NCBI GenBank assembly: GCA_023920165.1
Contig: CP089274.1
Coordinates: 3,968,001-4,032,000 of the forward strand
Direction: 5' to 3'
Source: Curvularia clavata
Taxonomy: Eukaryota
DNA: 64,000 nt
This document shows positions 12,901 through 22,987 of the stretch, piece by piece. The position numbers and the translations under genes were made by a program. A model generated the notes under the pieces. The model did no database searches and was not told where the DNA came from. It worked only from the letters and a program-made list of their open reading frames with translations. The stretch's first letter is position 1, and the number at the start of each line of letters is the position of its first letter.

Positions 12901-13026
12901 GAATAGTTTATTCTAAGAGTGCTAGAGATGATAGAATATAGTAATATTAGGGAATATAGTAGAGTTAGAAAAGATAGAAATAGCTTATAGCTAAAGAATA
13001 TTAAAAGTATTATATAAATTAGAGTA

Positions 13027-14695
13027 ACGTACCTCACGGGTTCGCGGTCCACACGGGTTCGCGGTCCACTTTTGCCAAGACCCCACCAAAACCACCACAT
13101 TATGGCCTAATACAGCCCAACTTTAGCCAGTTTAATGCAAAAAAATATAAAATACTATTCAGAGCCTACTTCTGCTTCATTCTTACACGTTCGCGCGTTA
13201 TGCCTAGTCCTATTGCACCGTCCACACCGCCGTTGAGACGGTTCACCCACTTTAGCGCGCTTCTGCTTCTTTAACTTCTTCCTATCACTACGCACCCCAA
13301 AGTCCTGGAGAGCAGTCAAGCGCGCCCTATCTTCAACTATTAAGGTCCTCTCTGCCTGAATCTGCTTTCTTTTATGCGATTTTCGTCGCGTGGCGGCTGC
13401 GTTAGCTGCTTTAAGCTTACTAATCCGTTTTTGTGCCAATACTAGCTTATGCGCGATAATAGCTGCCCTCTTTAAGACCTTCTTAAAAGCCTCCACTATA
13501 GACGTTAGTGAGCTGTCTAGGTGCCTCTGAATCCTCTGCTTTATTAGCGTCGATTGCGACCCTATTTCAAGGGTATTCCTCAGGGTTTGCGACAGCTAGG
13601 GCTAGATATCAATAGGTAGGGGTGATAGAGTGCGCAATTGGACATTAAGGGCGGATATAACCCGTTCTAGATTAAATAGGACTAATCCAGCGCCTTAAAA
13701 CCCTCCTTAGACATTACTAGCTATAAATAATGCGTCAAAAGCCCGCCTAAAGCAAGGTAGGAACTCTTGTTTAGTAATGTGGTTGATCTGGGTGCGCATG
13801 AGCGATTCGACTTGGCGCCCATAGGCCTGCTTTAAAGGGGCAAAACAGCCTATATCAAGCGGCTATAAGAGGTGAGACGAGTGTAGAGGCATATAAAGAG
13901 TAACAATTTTGTTATCTTTGCAGTATTTTTGGAAATCTAGCGAGTTATAGCTCTCATGGCCGTCAATAAAGAGTAGATGGTGGGTACCTACTACCTTCTT
14001 CTTTGTATGCTCATCAAAGTGCTTTAGCCACGCAAGACCAAGCTCATTGGTCGTCCAGCCGTTCTCAGAGACTCCAATAACCCAGTTCTAGGGTATATCT
14101 CTATCTTTATACCAGCTTGAGAGGTAGTGGCGCGCCTTAAGTATGATAAAGGGCGGAATCGTCCACCTGGTCGCATTAATGCCCTAGATAACCGTCGCCC
14201 ACTCTCTATTGCCAGGCTAGATAGTCTTTAGCCGTCCACGTCTCTCTAAAGCTGTAACAACTACTCTAGGGGTAATCTAGCCTATTATAAAGCCTATCTT
14301 GTTAAAGTTGTATATATCGTCATCTTAGATACTATACTTGGCTTTCATATTGGCTACTAGGCTAAACTAGTCTTGAATAGCCTTAGGATCCTCACAGAGT
14401 GCTCTCTTGTAGTTATACTTGCGATTAAACTTTACTTTAAGCTTAGGGCGGCGCTTAACGAACGTACTAGGCTAGTTTTGGCCAACCTGGCCCAAATTGC
14501 GCTTAGCGCGCAAGAAATTGGCCATATTAGCTACATCTGCGAGCCTAGGGGGAAATCCACGTGAACTAAGATCAAGAATATGCTCAACAACCACCTCCTC
14601 CTCAAGCTTAGTTAGATTTATTGTTTTAGACCTGCGATCTGCTTGTGAATCCCATCTATTGCGTCTTTAACGTAGTGTTGTTCGAGAGATATTAT
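13027..14695 (-). mobile_element. pogo/Fot1 (Tc1/mariner) DNA transposon, RIP-degraded, 5' end missing
   Basis: TA then terminal ACGTACCTCACGGGTTCGCGGTCCACACGGGTTCGCGGTCCAC with an internal direct repeat. Transposase relics include CENP-B HTH (LEEEVVVEHILDL..RGFPP), DDE region (FIDGHES, PLDIGCFAPLK) and C-terminal RRCGRC...HNARTC. Many TAG/TAA. Confidence 0.92.
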
Positions 14696-14904
14696 TGTCA
14701 GGACCTGGTCCAAATTGGGACATGTTGGTCCAATTCCCTCCTTCTTCACGCTAGTTAGTCAGCTAGGGCTTACCTAAGGCTATAAAGCCTCCACGATCGC
14801 TAGAGGTGCTCGATAGCGATTCGTCTCGTGAATACATGGCTGTTAAAGCATAGTTCTCTCTCATCTATCTCGTGCTGTACCTTCACGCCACTAACAGTCT
14901 AACA
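14696..14904 (+). repeat. 5' LTR (209 bp)
   Basis: TGTCAG...CTAACA, TATAAA at 14781, identical by eye to 21819-22027. Confidence 0.97.
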
Positions 14905-14936
14905 TTCGAATCGCTCTCCTCAAGTACACCTACGAG

Positions 14937-16169
14937 ATGTCAGAGAGAGCCATGCCGAACCCAGGTAGTCGCCAAACTCGGAGCCGCCCAAGGTCAACTC
15001 GAAACACGGTAGTAGGGGACTCACAGCCCACTCTAACTAGAGACTCAACCCAGCCATCTTCAAGTGAACTATCCGAGCCTGCCGTCACGGAGGCAGATCA
15101 GGCCGAACTGGCACAGAGAAGCCCAATTCAGGGCAGCCCAGCTCGACTTGAACCACCTCAGACCACCATTGCTCAACAGCTAGACGAACTGCGCGCTTGG
15201 AGGCAACGAGCGCTTGACGAGCAAGAACTGAAACGTCTCCAGGAAATCAAGCGTCGGTTCGACCAAGGTGACACGACAGCACTGACAGAGGACCTATATG
15301 AACCACACCGTGCGGTGGGGATACAACTAGAACCAAACGTGGGAGCTCCACGACCAGAAAAACCAACACAGTTCACAAGCCGCGATCGTGCCGAGTACAA
15401 TCGCTGGGAACGCGAATGTGAGGCAACGTTTAGGGGAAGCCCTAAAACGTTCCAAACAGAGGCAGTCAAGATCGATTTTGGGCTTAGGTATATCACTGAC
15501 CCCCTACGCTCCACATGGGACGCCTATTATCACGACTACTGTAGAAAAGACACGAATTGGACACCCACGTGGCTAGACCTGAAGACTGTAATGGTGGATT
15601 CACTGGGACCACCAGAACAGCGGAAGCTTGAAGCCCACCGAGCTCTCAAACACATCAGACAGGACTGGTCTCAGGACCCAAACGACCTGTTGGCCAAATT
15701 GGACACACTTTGGTCCGAATTGGGCAATGCCTACTCGGAAGAGCAGAGAGTGAGGGACTTTATGGGCGCTTTGACAATGACAATACAGAAAGAGTTGCTT
15801 TTACTCGAACCAGGTCAAAGAAGCACAATCTCAGACCTAAACGCGCGAGCGCGACTTATCTGGGACAGAACGAAAAGAGAGAAGCCTAGCAACGCTAGAA
15901 CAACGCAGAACAAGCAAGCCAGGAGCGGCACACCACCAAAGAACACAAGAGGGTACGAAAAAACCCTGAAAAAACAAAGACGGAACCCTGCGGATACAAA
16001 AGGTTCATACGCGGCAAACAAGGTTCGAGGACGCGACGCAGAGGGCAAAATTGTCTGTTACAACTGCGGGGAACCCGGACACATCAGCAGGAACTGTAGT
16101 AAGCACAAACAAAGCCAAGCGGCACCTGAGGAACCCAAACTGGAAAAAGGCAAGGGGCGGAGAACCTAG
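14937..16169 (+). CDS. gag: Gag
   Basis: 410 aa with CYNCGEPGHISRNC zinc knuckle. Confidence 0.95.
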   Translation: MSERAMPNPGSRQTRSRPRSTRNTVVGDSQPTLTRDSTQPSSSELSEPAVTEADQAELAQRSPIQGSPARLEPPQTTIAQQLDELRAWRQRALDEQELKRLQEIKRRFDQGDTTALTEDLYEPHRAVGIQLEPNVGAPRPEKPTQFTSRDRAEYNRWERECEATFRGSPKTFQTEAVKIDFGLRYITDPLRSTWDAYYHDYCRKDTNWTPTWLDLKTVMVDSLGPPEQRKLEAHRALKHIRQDWSQDPNDLLAKLDTLWSELGNAYSEEQRVRDFMGALTMTIQKELLLLEPGQRSTISDLNARARLIWDRTKREKPSNARTTQNKQARSGTPPKNTRGYEKTLKKQRRNPADTKGSYAANKVRGRDAEGKIVCYNCGEPGHISRNCSKHKQSQAAPEEPKLEKGKGRRT

Positions 16170-19100
16170 TAGCCCTACTCTCCGCCCATATTGCAAGGCT
16201 AGAGCTAGAAGAGGACTTGAAGACACTTCGCGAAGCAATGTTCAGCAAACCTAGCCCACTATTGACCATAACGGTGCAAATTGGCCAAGATCCACTCGAA
16301 GCGCTGATAGATGGAGGGTCTCAACTAAATCTACTCTCAATCCACCAAGCTAAGGATCACGATTTAACAATAACTCCTATACCGAATTTAGTGGCAGAAG
16401 CCTTAAGCGGCGTGGAGTTTGAGATTTATGGCACTACAGAGGTGACCATGAAAGTCACAGACACAAGAGGGAGGACTAAAGTCCAGAATATACCTTTTGT
16501 GGTGACAGAAATGAAGCATTACCCAGTATGCTTAGGTATGCCCTGGGTCGACTTCTACAAGCCCAAAATAAGCCTCCGGTCGCGTCGAGTGCTATTTAGG
16601 GGCGTGAAATATGTAGATAGGGCTTCATATGAGAAAATCGCGACAGAAAGCGCCGAAGAGTTTGAGAAAACACTCCGAACGCCCACGACGGACGTTTACG
16701 CGCTCAAAGTGTCCACTGTGATGGGTTGGGACCCAAGCGACGAGGAAGAGGACTGGGAGGGGTTGGAGAAGCCCAAGAACGCCCAGGTTGGCCCTGATCA
16801 AGCCAAGTTGCCTCAGTTGCCACCACAGTACGAGGACTTTGCGGATTTGGCCTCGGAAGAGGATGCCAAGTGCCTTGCTGAGCATGGCCCGCACGATTTG
16901 GTGATATCCTTGAAAGAAGGCACCACGCCACCACATCAGCCGCTATATGGGCTCTCGAAGAGCGAGTTAGCGCTACTCCGGGATTACTTGCGTGAGTATC
17001 TCGCGAGAGGGTGGATTAGACATTCGAAGTCGCCAGCAGGCGCACCAATACTCTTCGCGAAGAAGAAAGACGGCACGATGAGGTTATGTGTGGACTATAG
17101 AGGTCTAAACAACATAACGCTCAAAAACCGTCACCCTTTACCCTTGATTACGGAGTCCTTGGATAGATTGGCTGAGGCAAAATTCTATACCAAGCTAGAC
17201 GTCCGAGAAGCATATCATAGGGTGAGGATTAAGGAGGGAGACGAGTGGAAGACAGCCTTCCGCACCAGATACGGCCATTTCGAGTATACTGTGATGCCTT
17301 TTGGCCTTACAAACGCTCCTGCACAATTTCAGGCGTACATACACCATATCCTTGCAGGATTGGTAGATGTGAGTTGTATTGTGTATTTGGACGATATCCT
17401 GGTGTTCTCCAACACAGAAGAGGAGCACGAGAGACACGTGCGCGAAGTCTTAAACAGATTGCGCGAAGCCAAGCTGTATTTGAAGACTTCGAAGTGTGAA
17501 TGGCACACCCAACACACTGAGTTCCTTGGCTACACAGTTAGCCCCGAGGGTATAAGTATCGACCCAGATCGGGCCAAAACGGCCCAAGAATGGCCAGAAC
17601 CGCGTACAGTGCGCGATGTCCGCGTGTTTCTAGGCTTCATGAACTACTATCGTCGATTCATTGCTAACTTCTCCAGAATCGCACTGCCTTTAACTGAGTT
17701 ACTGAAAAAGGAGCCGAACGCCGCCAAAGGGGGCAAAGCTCAGCGAAAAGAGGAAAGCGTACTGCTAATTCTAGACGAAAACGCCAAGAGCGCGTTTAAG
17801 ACGCTAAAAAACTCCTTTACGGCAGTACCTATCCTAACCCACTTTAATCCAGACAATCAGACTAGAGTACAGGTCGATGCGTCGGGAGGAGCGATTGCTG
17901 GCATCCTAAGCCAGTACGTGCCCAAAGAGGCTTGCTGGAGACCCGTAGACTTCTACTCGCGCAAATTAATCGCCGCGGAGTACAACTATGACACGCATGA
18001 CCAAGAGCTACTAGCTATCGTCGCTAGTCTCCAACACTGGCGAAGATATCTTGATGGGATACACTTTGATCTAATTACTGACCATCGAAACCTGAAGTGG
18101 TTCATGGAAACCAAAACACTGAATCACCGCCAGGTACGGTCTTACTTAGCCCTATCAGGTTTTGATTTCACAATTGTACACCAACCTGGGAAAACAAACC
18201 CCGCCGACGGCCCATCGCGCAGACCCGACTACATAAAAGCCGCCCAAGAGCCAAAGCAGAAGAATAATAGCGCATATGTGCCATCGCTACGCCATCTGCT
18301 CAAATTCAATGCCGAAGGGACTGCTATAGCTGCAGCTGCCACCACACGATCACAAGGACGGCAGAATACAGCAGCGAAGCAACATGAAGACCAGAGGCAT
18401 GCAGCATTGGCTCAAGAGGCCGACTCAGAGACGGACGAATACACTTCGGACTCATGTAGCTCAGAAGAAGACGACGTGGCCAAACCAAGTCCACAAAGGC
18501 TCAAACAGGGCCACTCTGGCCCAACCGTGCCCAAGACGGCACAGGAAAAAGCAGCAGCATTAAAACAAGGTCACGACGACCCGCTTTCTGGACATTTTGG
18601 CGCAAGACGCACATTAGAGAAACTAACGCGCCACTACAAGTGGGCTGGCATGAGGAAAGACGTGGAAGACTACTGCAAATCATGCCTTATCTGTCAAAAA
18701 TCTACCCCGAAACGGCACCTGCCATACGGGCCCCTTGCACCATTACCACCACCCAATAGAGCCTGGGAGGAAGTAACAATGGACTTTATAACTGAATTGC
18801 CACCAAGCAAACTGCAAGGCGTAGTATACGACGCAATCCTCGTGATAGTCGACAGACTGACCAAAATGGCCCATTACGTGCCAGCACGGTCCAATTGGGA
18901 CGGAGTAGACCTAGCTCAGGCATGGTTGCGCGAAGTAATCCGTCTCCATGGCGTACCACGCCGAATCATATCAGATAGAGGCCCTTTAATGAACTCCACC
19001 CATTGGAAGACCTTTCTTCACTACCTTAACTCGAAACGTGTACTTACTTCGGCATACCACCCACAAACAGATGGCCGGACTGAACGCCAAAATCAGACTC

Positions 19101-19870
19101 TAGAACAGTACCTCCGCTGCTACTGTTCCCTAGAGCAGGACGACTGGGCATTATGGATCTCAGTAGGGGAATACGCGTACAATGACAGTGTACATTCGAC
19201 TACCAAGGTCACCCCCTTCCAAGCATGCAACGGCATACACCCAAGAGGCGCAGAATGGCCCAAAGACGCCCAAACTGGGGGCGAAAACCCCCTAGCGGCA
19301 AGTACTGCCTCAAGAATAATCGAAATACAACAAGAGTGCAAGAACAATATTCTAAAAGCGCAAGAGTACCAAAAACGGCACGCAGATAAGAAAAGACAAC
19401 CCATTCCTTTTAAGGTAGGGGATAAAGTACTGCTATCTAATAAGCATATTAAATCCCTGCGACCAAAGAAGAAGATCGACTGGAAATACGTTGGCCCAGG
19501 CACAATAACTGAGCAAATCGGCCCATCAGCATTTAAAGTAGATATGCCTGGCCTAAAAAACGTACACCCAGTGTTCCATGCATCCTTACTAGAGCAGTAT
19601 CACCCCCCAGGTGATATACCACATCCTGAAGTCCCAACACAACACGAACTAGGCGAGACAGGCGACGATGTCTACCTCGTGGACAAAATAGTGGGACATA
19701 GGAAGAACAAGGACGATCAGTGGGAATACTTAGTGAAATGGACTGGATACCCCGACTCTGAAAACACATGGGAGCCAGCCGCCAATGTTACCCAGAAAAC
19801 GCTTCAAGAGTTCTGGAACAAATCAAATCAGGTCCCTCGACGCAGACGCGGGCCAAAACGGGCCAAATAG
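16130..19870 (+). CDS. pol: Pol (protease-RT-RNase H-integrase-chromodomain), probably via -1 frameshift
   Basis: LIDGGS protease, YLDD RT, DAS RNase H, H..GHFG/C..C integrase and YLVKWTGY...NTWEP chromodomain. The pol frame (-1 to gag) is open from 16130 and overlaps the gag end at GGAAAAA (16142-16148). Confidence 0.96.
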   Translation, partial: GTQTGKRQGAENLVALLSAHIARLELEEDLKTLREAMFSKPSPLLTITVQIGQDPLEALIDGGSQLNLLSIHQAKDHDLTITPIPNLVAEALSGVEFEIYGTTEVTMKVTDTRGRTKVQNIPFVVTEMKHYPVCLGMPWVDFYKPKISLRSRRVLFRGVKYVDRASYEKIATESAEEFEKTLRTPTTDVYALKVSTVMGWDPSDEEEDWEGLEKPKNAQVGPDQAKLPQLPPQYEDFADLASEEDAKCLAEHGPHDLVISLKEGTTPPHQPLYGLSKSELALLRDYLREYLARGWIRHSKSPAGAPILFAKKKDGTMRLCVDYRGLNNITLKNRHPLPLITESLDRLAEAKFYTKLDVREAYHRVRIKEGDEWKTAFRTRYGHFEYTVMPFGLTNAPAQFQAYIHHILAGLVDVSCIVYLDDILVFSNTEEEHERHVREVLNRLREAKLYLKTSKCEWHTQHTEFLGYTVSPEGISIDPDRAKTAQEWPEPRTVRDVRVFLGFMNYYRRFIANFSRIALPLTELLKKEPNAAKGGKAQRKEESVLLILDENAKSAFKTLKNSFTAVPILTHFNPDNQTRVQVDASGGAIAGILSQYVPKEACWRPVDFYSRKLIAAEYNYDTHDQELLAIVASLQHWRRYLDGIHFDLITDHRNLKWFMETKTLNHRQVRSYLALSGFDFTIVHQPGKTNPADGPSRRPDYIKAAQEPKQKNNSAYVPSLRHLLKFNAEGTAIAAAATTRSQGRQNTAAKQHEDQRHAALAQEADSETDEYTSDSCSSEEDDVAKPSPQRLKQGHSGPTVPKTAQEKAAALKQGHDDPLSGHFGARRTLEKLTRHYKWAGMRKDVEDYCKSCLICQKSTPKRHLPYGPLAPLPPPNRAWEEVTMDFITELPPSKLQGVVYDAILVIVDRLTKMAHYVPARSNWDGVDLAQAWLREVIRLHGVPRRIISDRGPLMNSTHWKTFLHYLNSKRVLTSAYHPQTDGRTERQNQTLEQYLRCYCSLEQDDWALWISVGEYAYNDSVHSTTKVTPFQACNGIHPRGAEWPKDAQTGGENPLAASTASRIIEIQQECKNNILKAQEYQKRHADKKRQPIPFKVGDKVLLSNKHIKSLRPKKKIDWKYVGPGTITEQIGPSAFKVDMPGLKNVHPVFHASLLEQYHPPGDIPHPEVPTQHELGETGDDVYLVDKIVGHRKNKDDQWEYLVKWTGYPDSENTWEPAANVTQKTLQEFWNKSNQVPRRRRGPKRAK

Positions 19871-20159
19871 GGCCAATAGGAGCCAAATTAGCACATGTAC
19901 CTTCACCTACTTTTTTTCCCCAAAGGGTTTTATAGGTGTTTAACGGCATAAGCTGATTAGGGCAACCTGGCCCAAATTGGTCCATGTTGAACTGACATTG
20001 CACAACAAAAACCAAGGAATGGAAAAGTAAAGAAAAGAGAATTTCAATTATCACCTCCATCCTAATGCCCTGGGTATCTCATATGAAAGGGAAGAAAACC
20101 ACCATAGCCCATACTGACCCAATTTGGGCCAAAACGGACAAAACTAGACCCAACCACCC

Positions 20160-21225
20160 TTAATCACCGGCAACTGCGGCCTCGTACTCCTTGTTAAGCC
20201 TTGCCTTGGCTTTTTCCAAGTTCTTGATGTCATTGGTGATCTTCCTCTTGGCTTGACCCTTGGCCCCCTCCTTCTCGGACATTTTTTGCAAAATCTCTTC
20301 ATCAATGTCATTGATGCGCTTCTGAAGCTCATCAGTGACATCCTCGGCAACCTTGACCTAAAGAACCAAGTTAGTCCAAATTGGGGCAATTTGGCGTAAA
20401 TAGGGGGGAAAAGGATCACAAACCTCCTTCTTGCGCCCACCAGAGCCATACTTGGACTTCTTGACCCTTGCCTCGACCAAAGTTTCCACCTCGATCTCAT
20501 GAGCCTTCCTCTTGACCTCTTCATCCTTCTTGGAGCGGCCAAGGGCAGAAGTCTTCACACCAGAGCGGGGATCATCTTCCTCCTCGATGGCACCAGAGGA
20601 AAGAGACAGATGAGTAGCATGAGGCTCAAACCTACACAAATTAGTCCAATTTGGGCCAGATTTAGGAAAATTGGATCACTTACTTCTTGAGTGACTCAAC
20701 AATAGGCTTGCTGAACATACTAAGCCTAGTAACGGCCACCTCGTACATTTCCCTGCGCTCAGCACGAACTTCAGCCTCATTGGCACCCTCGGGGATATCT
20801 TTGTCAATGGCATGGAAGGCATCCTCAACCTTCCCAATGAGCTGGCCAAGTCTCACCCAGTCGGGGGAGAACTTGTCGGGAGGAGGCACCTAACCACTCA
20901 TTTAGCTCCAAATTGGACCAAATCAGAGCAAAACAGGGCAACTTACCGCAAAACAGACACGGTTGATGTAAGAGCAGCGAAGACACTTCATCACCTGCCT
21001 AGGCATACCGCCAGACTCCGGTTCAACCTTGTAGCCAGACCAAGCCTCAGCTACCTCAGGATTGTCGATGTCCAACATAACGCAACCCGCTCTGCCAAAA
21101 GTAACGGGCTCATTATCCCTGAAGGCGTTCAGACAGCACACACAAGCGTAGTAAGACCTCTGGCCCTTGCGTACGAACAGGTTTGACACCGTACTGCGGT
21201 TGACGGATCCAAGTGCGTTCGTCAT
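20160..21225 (-). CDS. Antisense, 3-intron accessory gene of the Gypsy element (~296 aa; Cys-rich N-terminus, charged coiled-coil C-terminus)
   Basis: Exons 21225-20947, 20889-20684, 20631-20424, 20357-20160. All introns are GT-AG with CTAA(C/T/A) branch-like sites, and the phases join into one uninterrupted ORF ending TAA. Confidence 0.85.
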
Positions 21226-21818
21226 GGTTCAAGTGGGTCTTGAAGGCCCCAATTTGGGGGTGTTTGGGACGAATCGGTCGAATCTGTCGCGAAATGGATC
21301 GTATGGGAGGAAACAGCCTAAAAAGAAAAGTCAGCAGAAAACTCCAAGTCCAGGGGAAGAACCTCAGAAAAAGGCAACAAAACCAAGGTCGACTGCAAAC
21401 TGGCCCAAATTGGGCCAAACTGTTGCAAACAGACCGTGGGTGGAAGGTGTCGGGCCCAAACTGAGAAGACCCACAAAATGGGAGTCTACTTACCAAAGTG
21501 GGGTTGGTGGACTGTGGGGTGTACTGGGCTTAGTCAAAAACTGGCTATTGTATCCCTGGATCCGCACTAAATTAGCGCGTCACGTGACTCTTGGCGCTGC
21601 CCAGGAGTACCCTGATGGGCCGGGTTGGCCCAAAGTGGGGCAGTCGGCTAGGCAGCAGCGCAAAACTCCGCTATTATGACGTCATAGCCCTGGGGCGGTG
21701 AGCAAGTAAAATACACCCTCCAACCCACACGGCGGCATCACCCAGTAATCGCTCAAACTGGGCGGCAAGCATGATAAGTTGCGCAGCTGGGACAGCTGCA
21801 CCCTAAGAAGGGAGGTAT

Positions 21819-22027
21819 TGTCAGGACCTGGTCCAAATTGGGACATGTTGGTCCAATTCCCTCCTTCTTCACGCTAGTTAGTCAGCTAGGGCTTACCTAA
21901 GGCTATAAAGCCTCCACGATCGCTAGAGGTGCTCGATAGCGATTCGTCTCGTGAATACATGGCTGTTAAAGCATAGTTCTCTCTCATCTATCTCGTGCTG
22001 TACCTTCACGCCACTAACAGTCTAACA
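21819..22027 (+). repeat. 3' LTR (209 bp)
   Basis: Identical to the 5' LTR, preceded by a PPT. Confidence 0.97.
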
Positions 22028-22987
22028 GCTATAAATAGTAAAGAAAAAAAGAAATAAACTTATAGGATTGCACTTTTTCTTCTACTAAATGTAATAAAGA
22101 CACTTCTTAGAGAAATCAGACGGGTAGGCATAAGCAATATCGAACTAACGGCGCGCTAAGGTGCGGATAGCTTGCAGATAGATGAAGCGATACGCATCTA
22201 GTAGCGCACTAGACAGACAACGAAGAGGCATAGTAAAAACAAGTGCGTTAAGTTATAATTAACTTATTTTAATTAAAAAGCGTAGAAGAGAAAACTTGGC
22301 GGCAATACTATATTATTATTAATATACATACTAGGAGAGCAAATAGTCTTAGCACATGTAATCTAGATAGCCGTTAGACCCTAACTACAAACAAATCACC
22401 AGCGACTTAGAGCTCCGATCAAAGCGTCCAGGCCTGTCTAGCAGATGAAAGCAAATGGCCTAGCGGCCAGGCAGCAAGGTAGCAGCGCCACGTAAGTACC
22501 GGAATAGTTACTAAAGCTCAGACACAGAGGCTTAAGTAAAGGACATGCACGGCCACGGGAGCCATACCAAAACTAGAGCATCCTATTGTCTAGAGTAGCG
22601 CAGTGTGGGGAAAATCTAGAGGAAATCAGAAATAAAAGACCCTATAGTGCAGGGAAGAAGAATGACAACCAGAACAGATAGCTGTGGGACCAGCTATCTA
22701 CTAGGAGAGGGGGTAATATAACTATATATAGACTAAAATATACCCTAGCTAAGGCAGCTTATTAAGATCTGATTAAGAGCTGGGTTAGACCTGATGAAGA
22801 CCCGCACCTAGATATAAGTACTAGGTACCTTCTATAGATGTTTGGTAGATTTTTAATATCTTTTTATACCAGGCCTATAAGTGTCTACTAAATCTAAGGT
22901 GTTTCTGCTGTCCCACGCACTTCCATATGCATTTGAGTGACACTTCCCACCGGAACCGATTCGACTAGTCTTGCTCGCGCCGTTACA
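22028..22987 (+). mobile_element. 3' end of an older RIP-degraded LTR retrotransposon (PPT ~22703-22713, LTR ~22717-22987)
   Basis: aggagaggggg purine tract, then tataac (RIP-like TGTAAC) ... gttaca end. It interrupts the next pogo element. Confidence 0.6.

Larger units (their letters stand above)
14696..22027 (+). mobile_element. Intact Ty3/Gypsy chromovirus LTR retrotransposon (~7.3 kb)
   Basis: Two identical TG...CA LTRs, gag, pol, and a polypurine tract aagaagggagg at ~21805-21815. Confidence 0.98.

Noticed and set aside
13036..13071. Tandem CACGGGTTCGCGGTCCA repeat, superficially CRISPR-like
   Set aside because: Only two units, no spacers, eukaryotic context. It is the internal repeat of a pogo TIR.
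14710..14718. CCAAATTGG as a MADS-box CArG site
   Set aside because: CArG is CC(A/T)6GG, and this motif has five central A/T.
21167..21679. 170-aa plus-strand ORF after pol as a possible env gene
   Set aside because: No ATG start, signal peptide or TM anchor. It overlaps the presumed promoter/5' UTR of the antisense gene.
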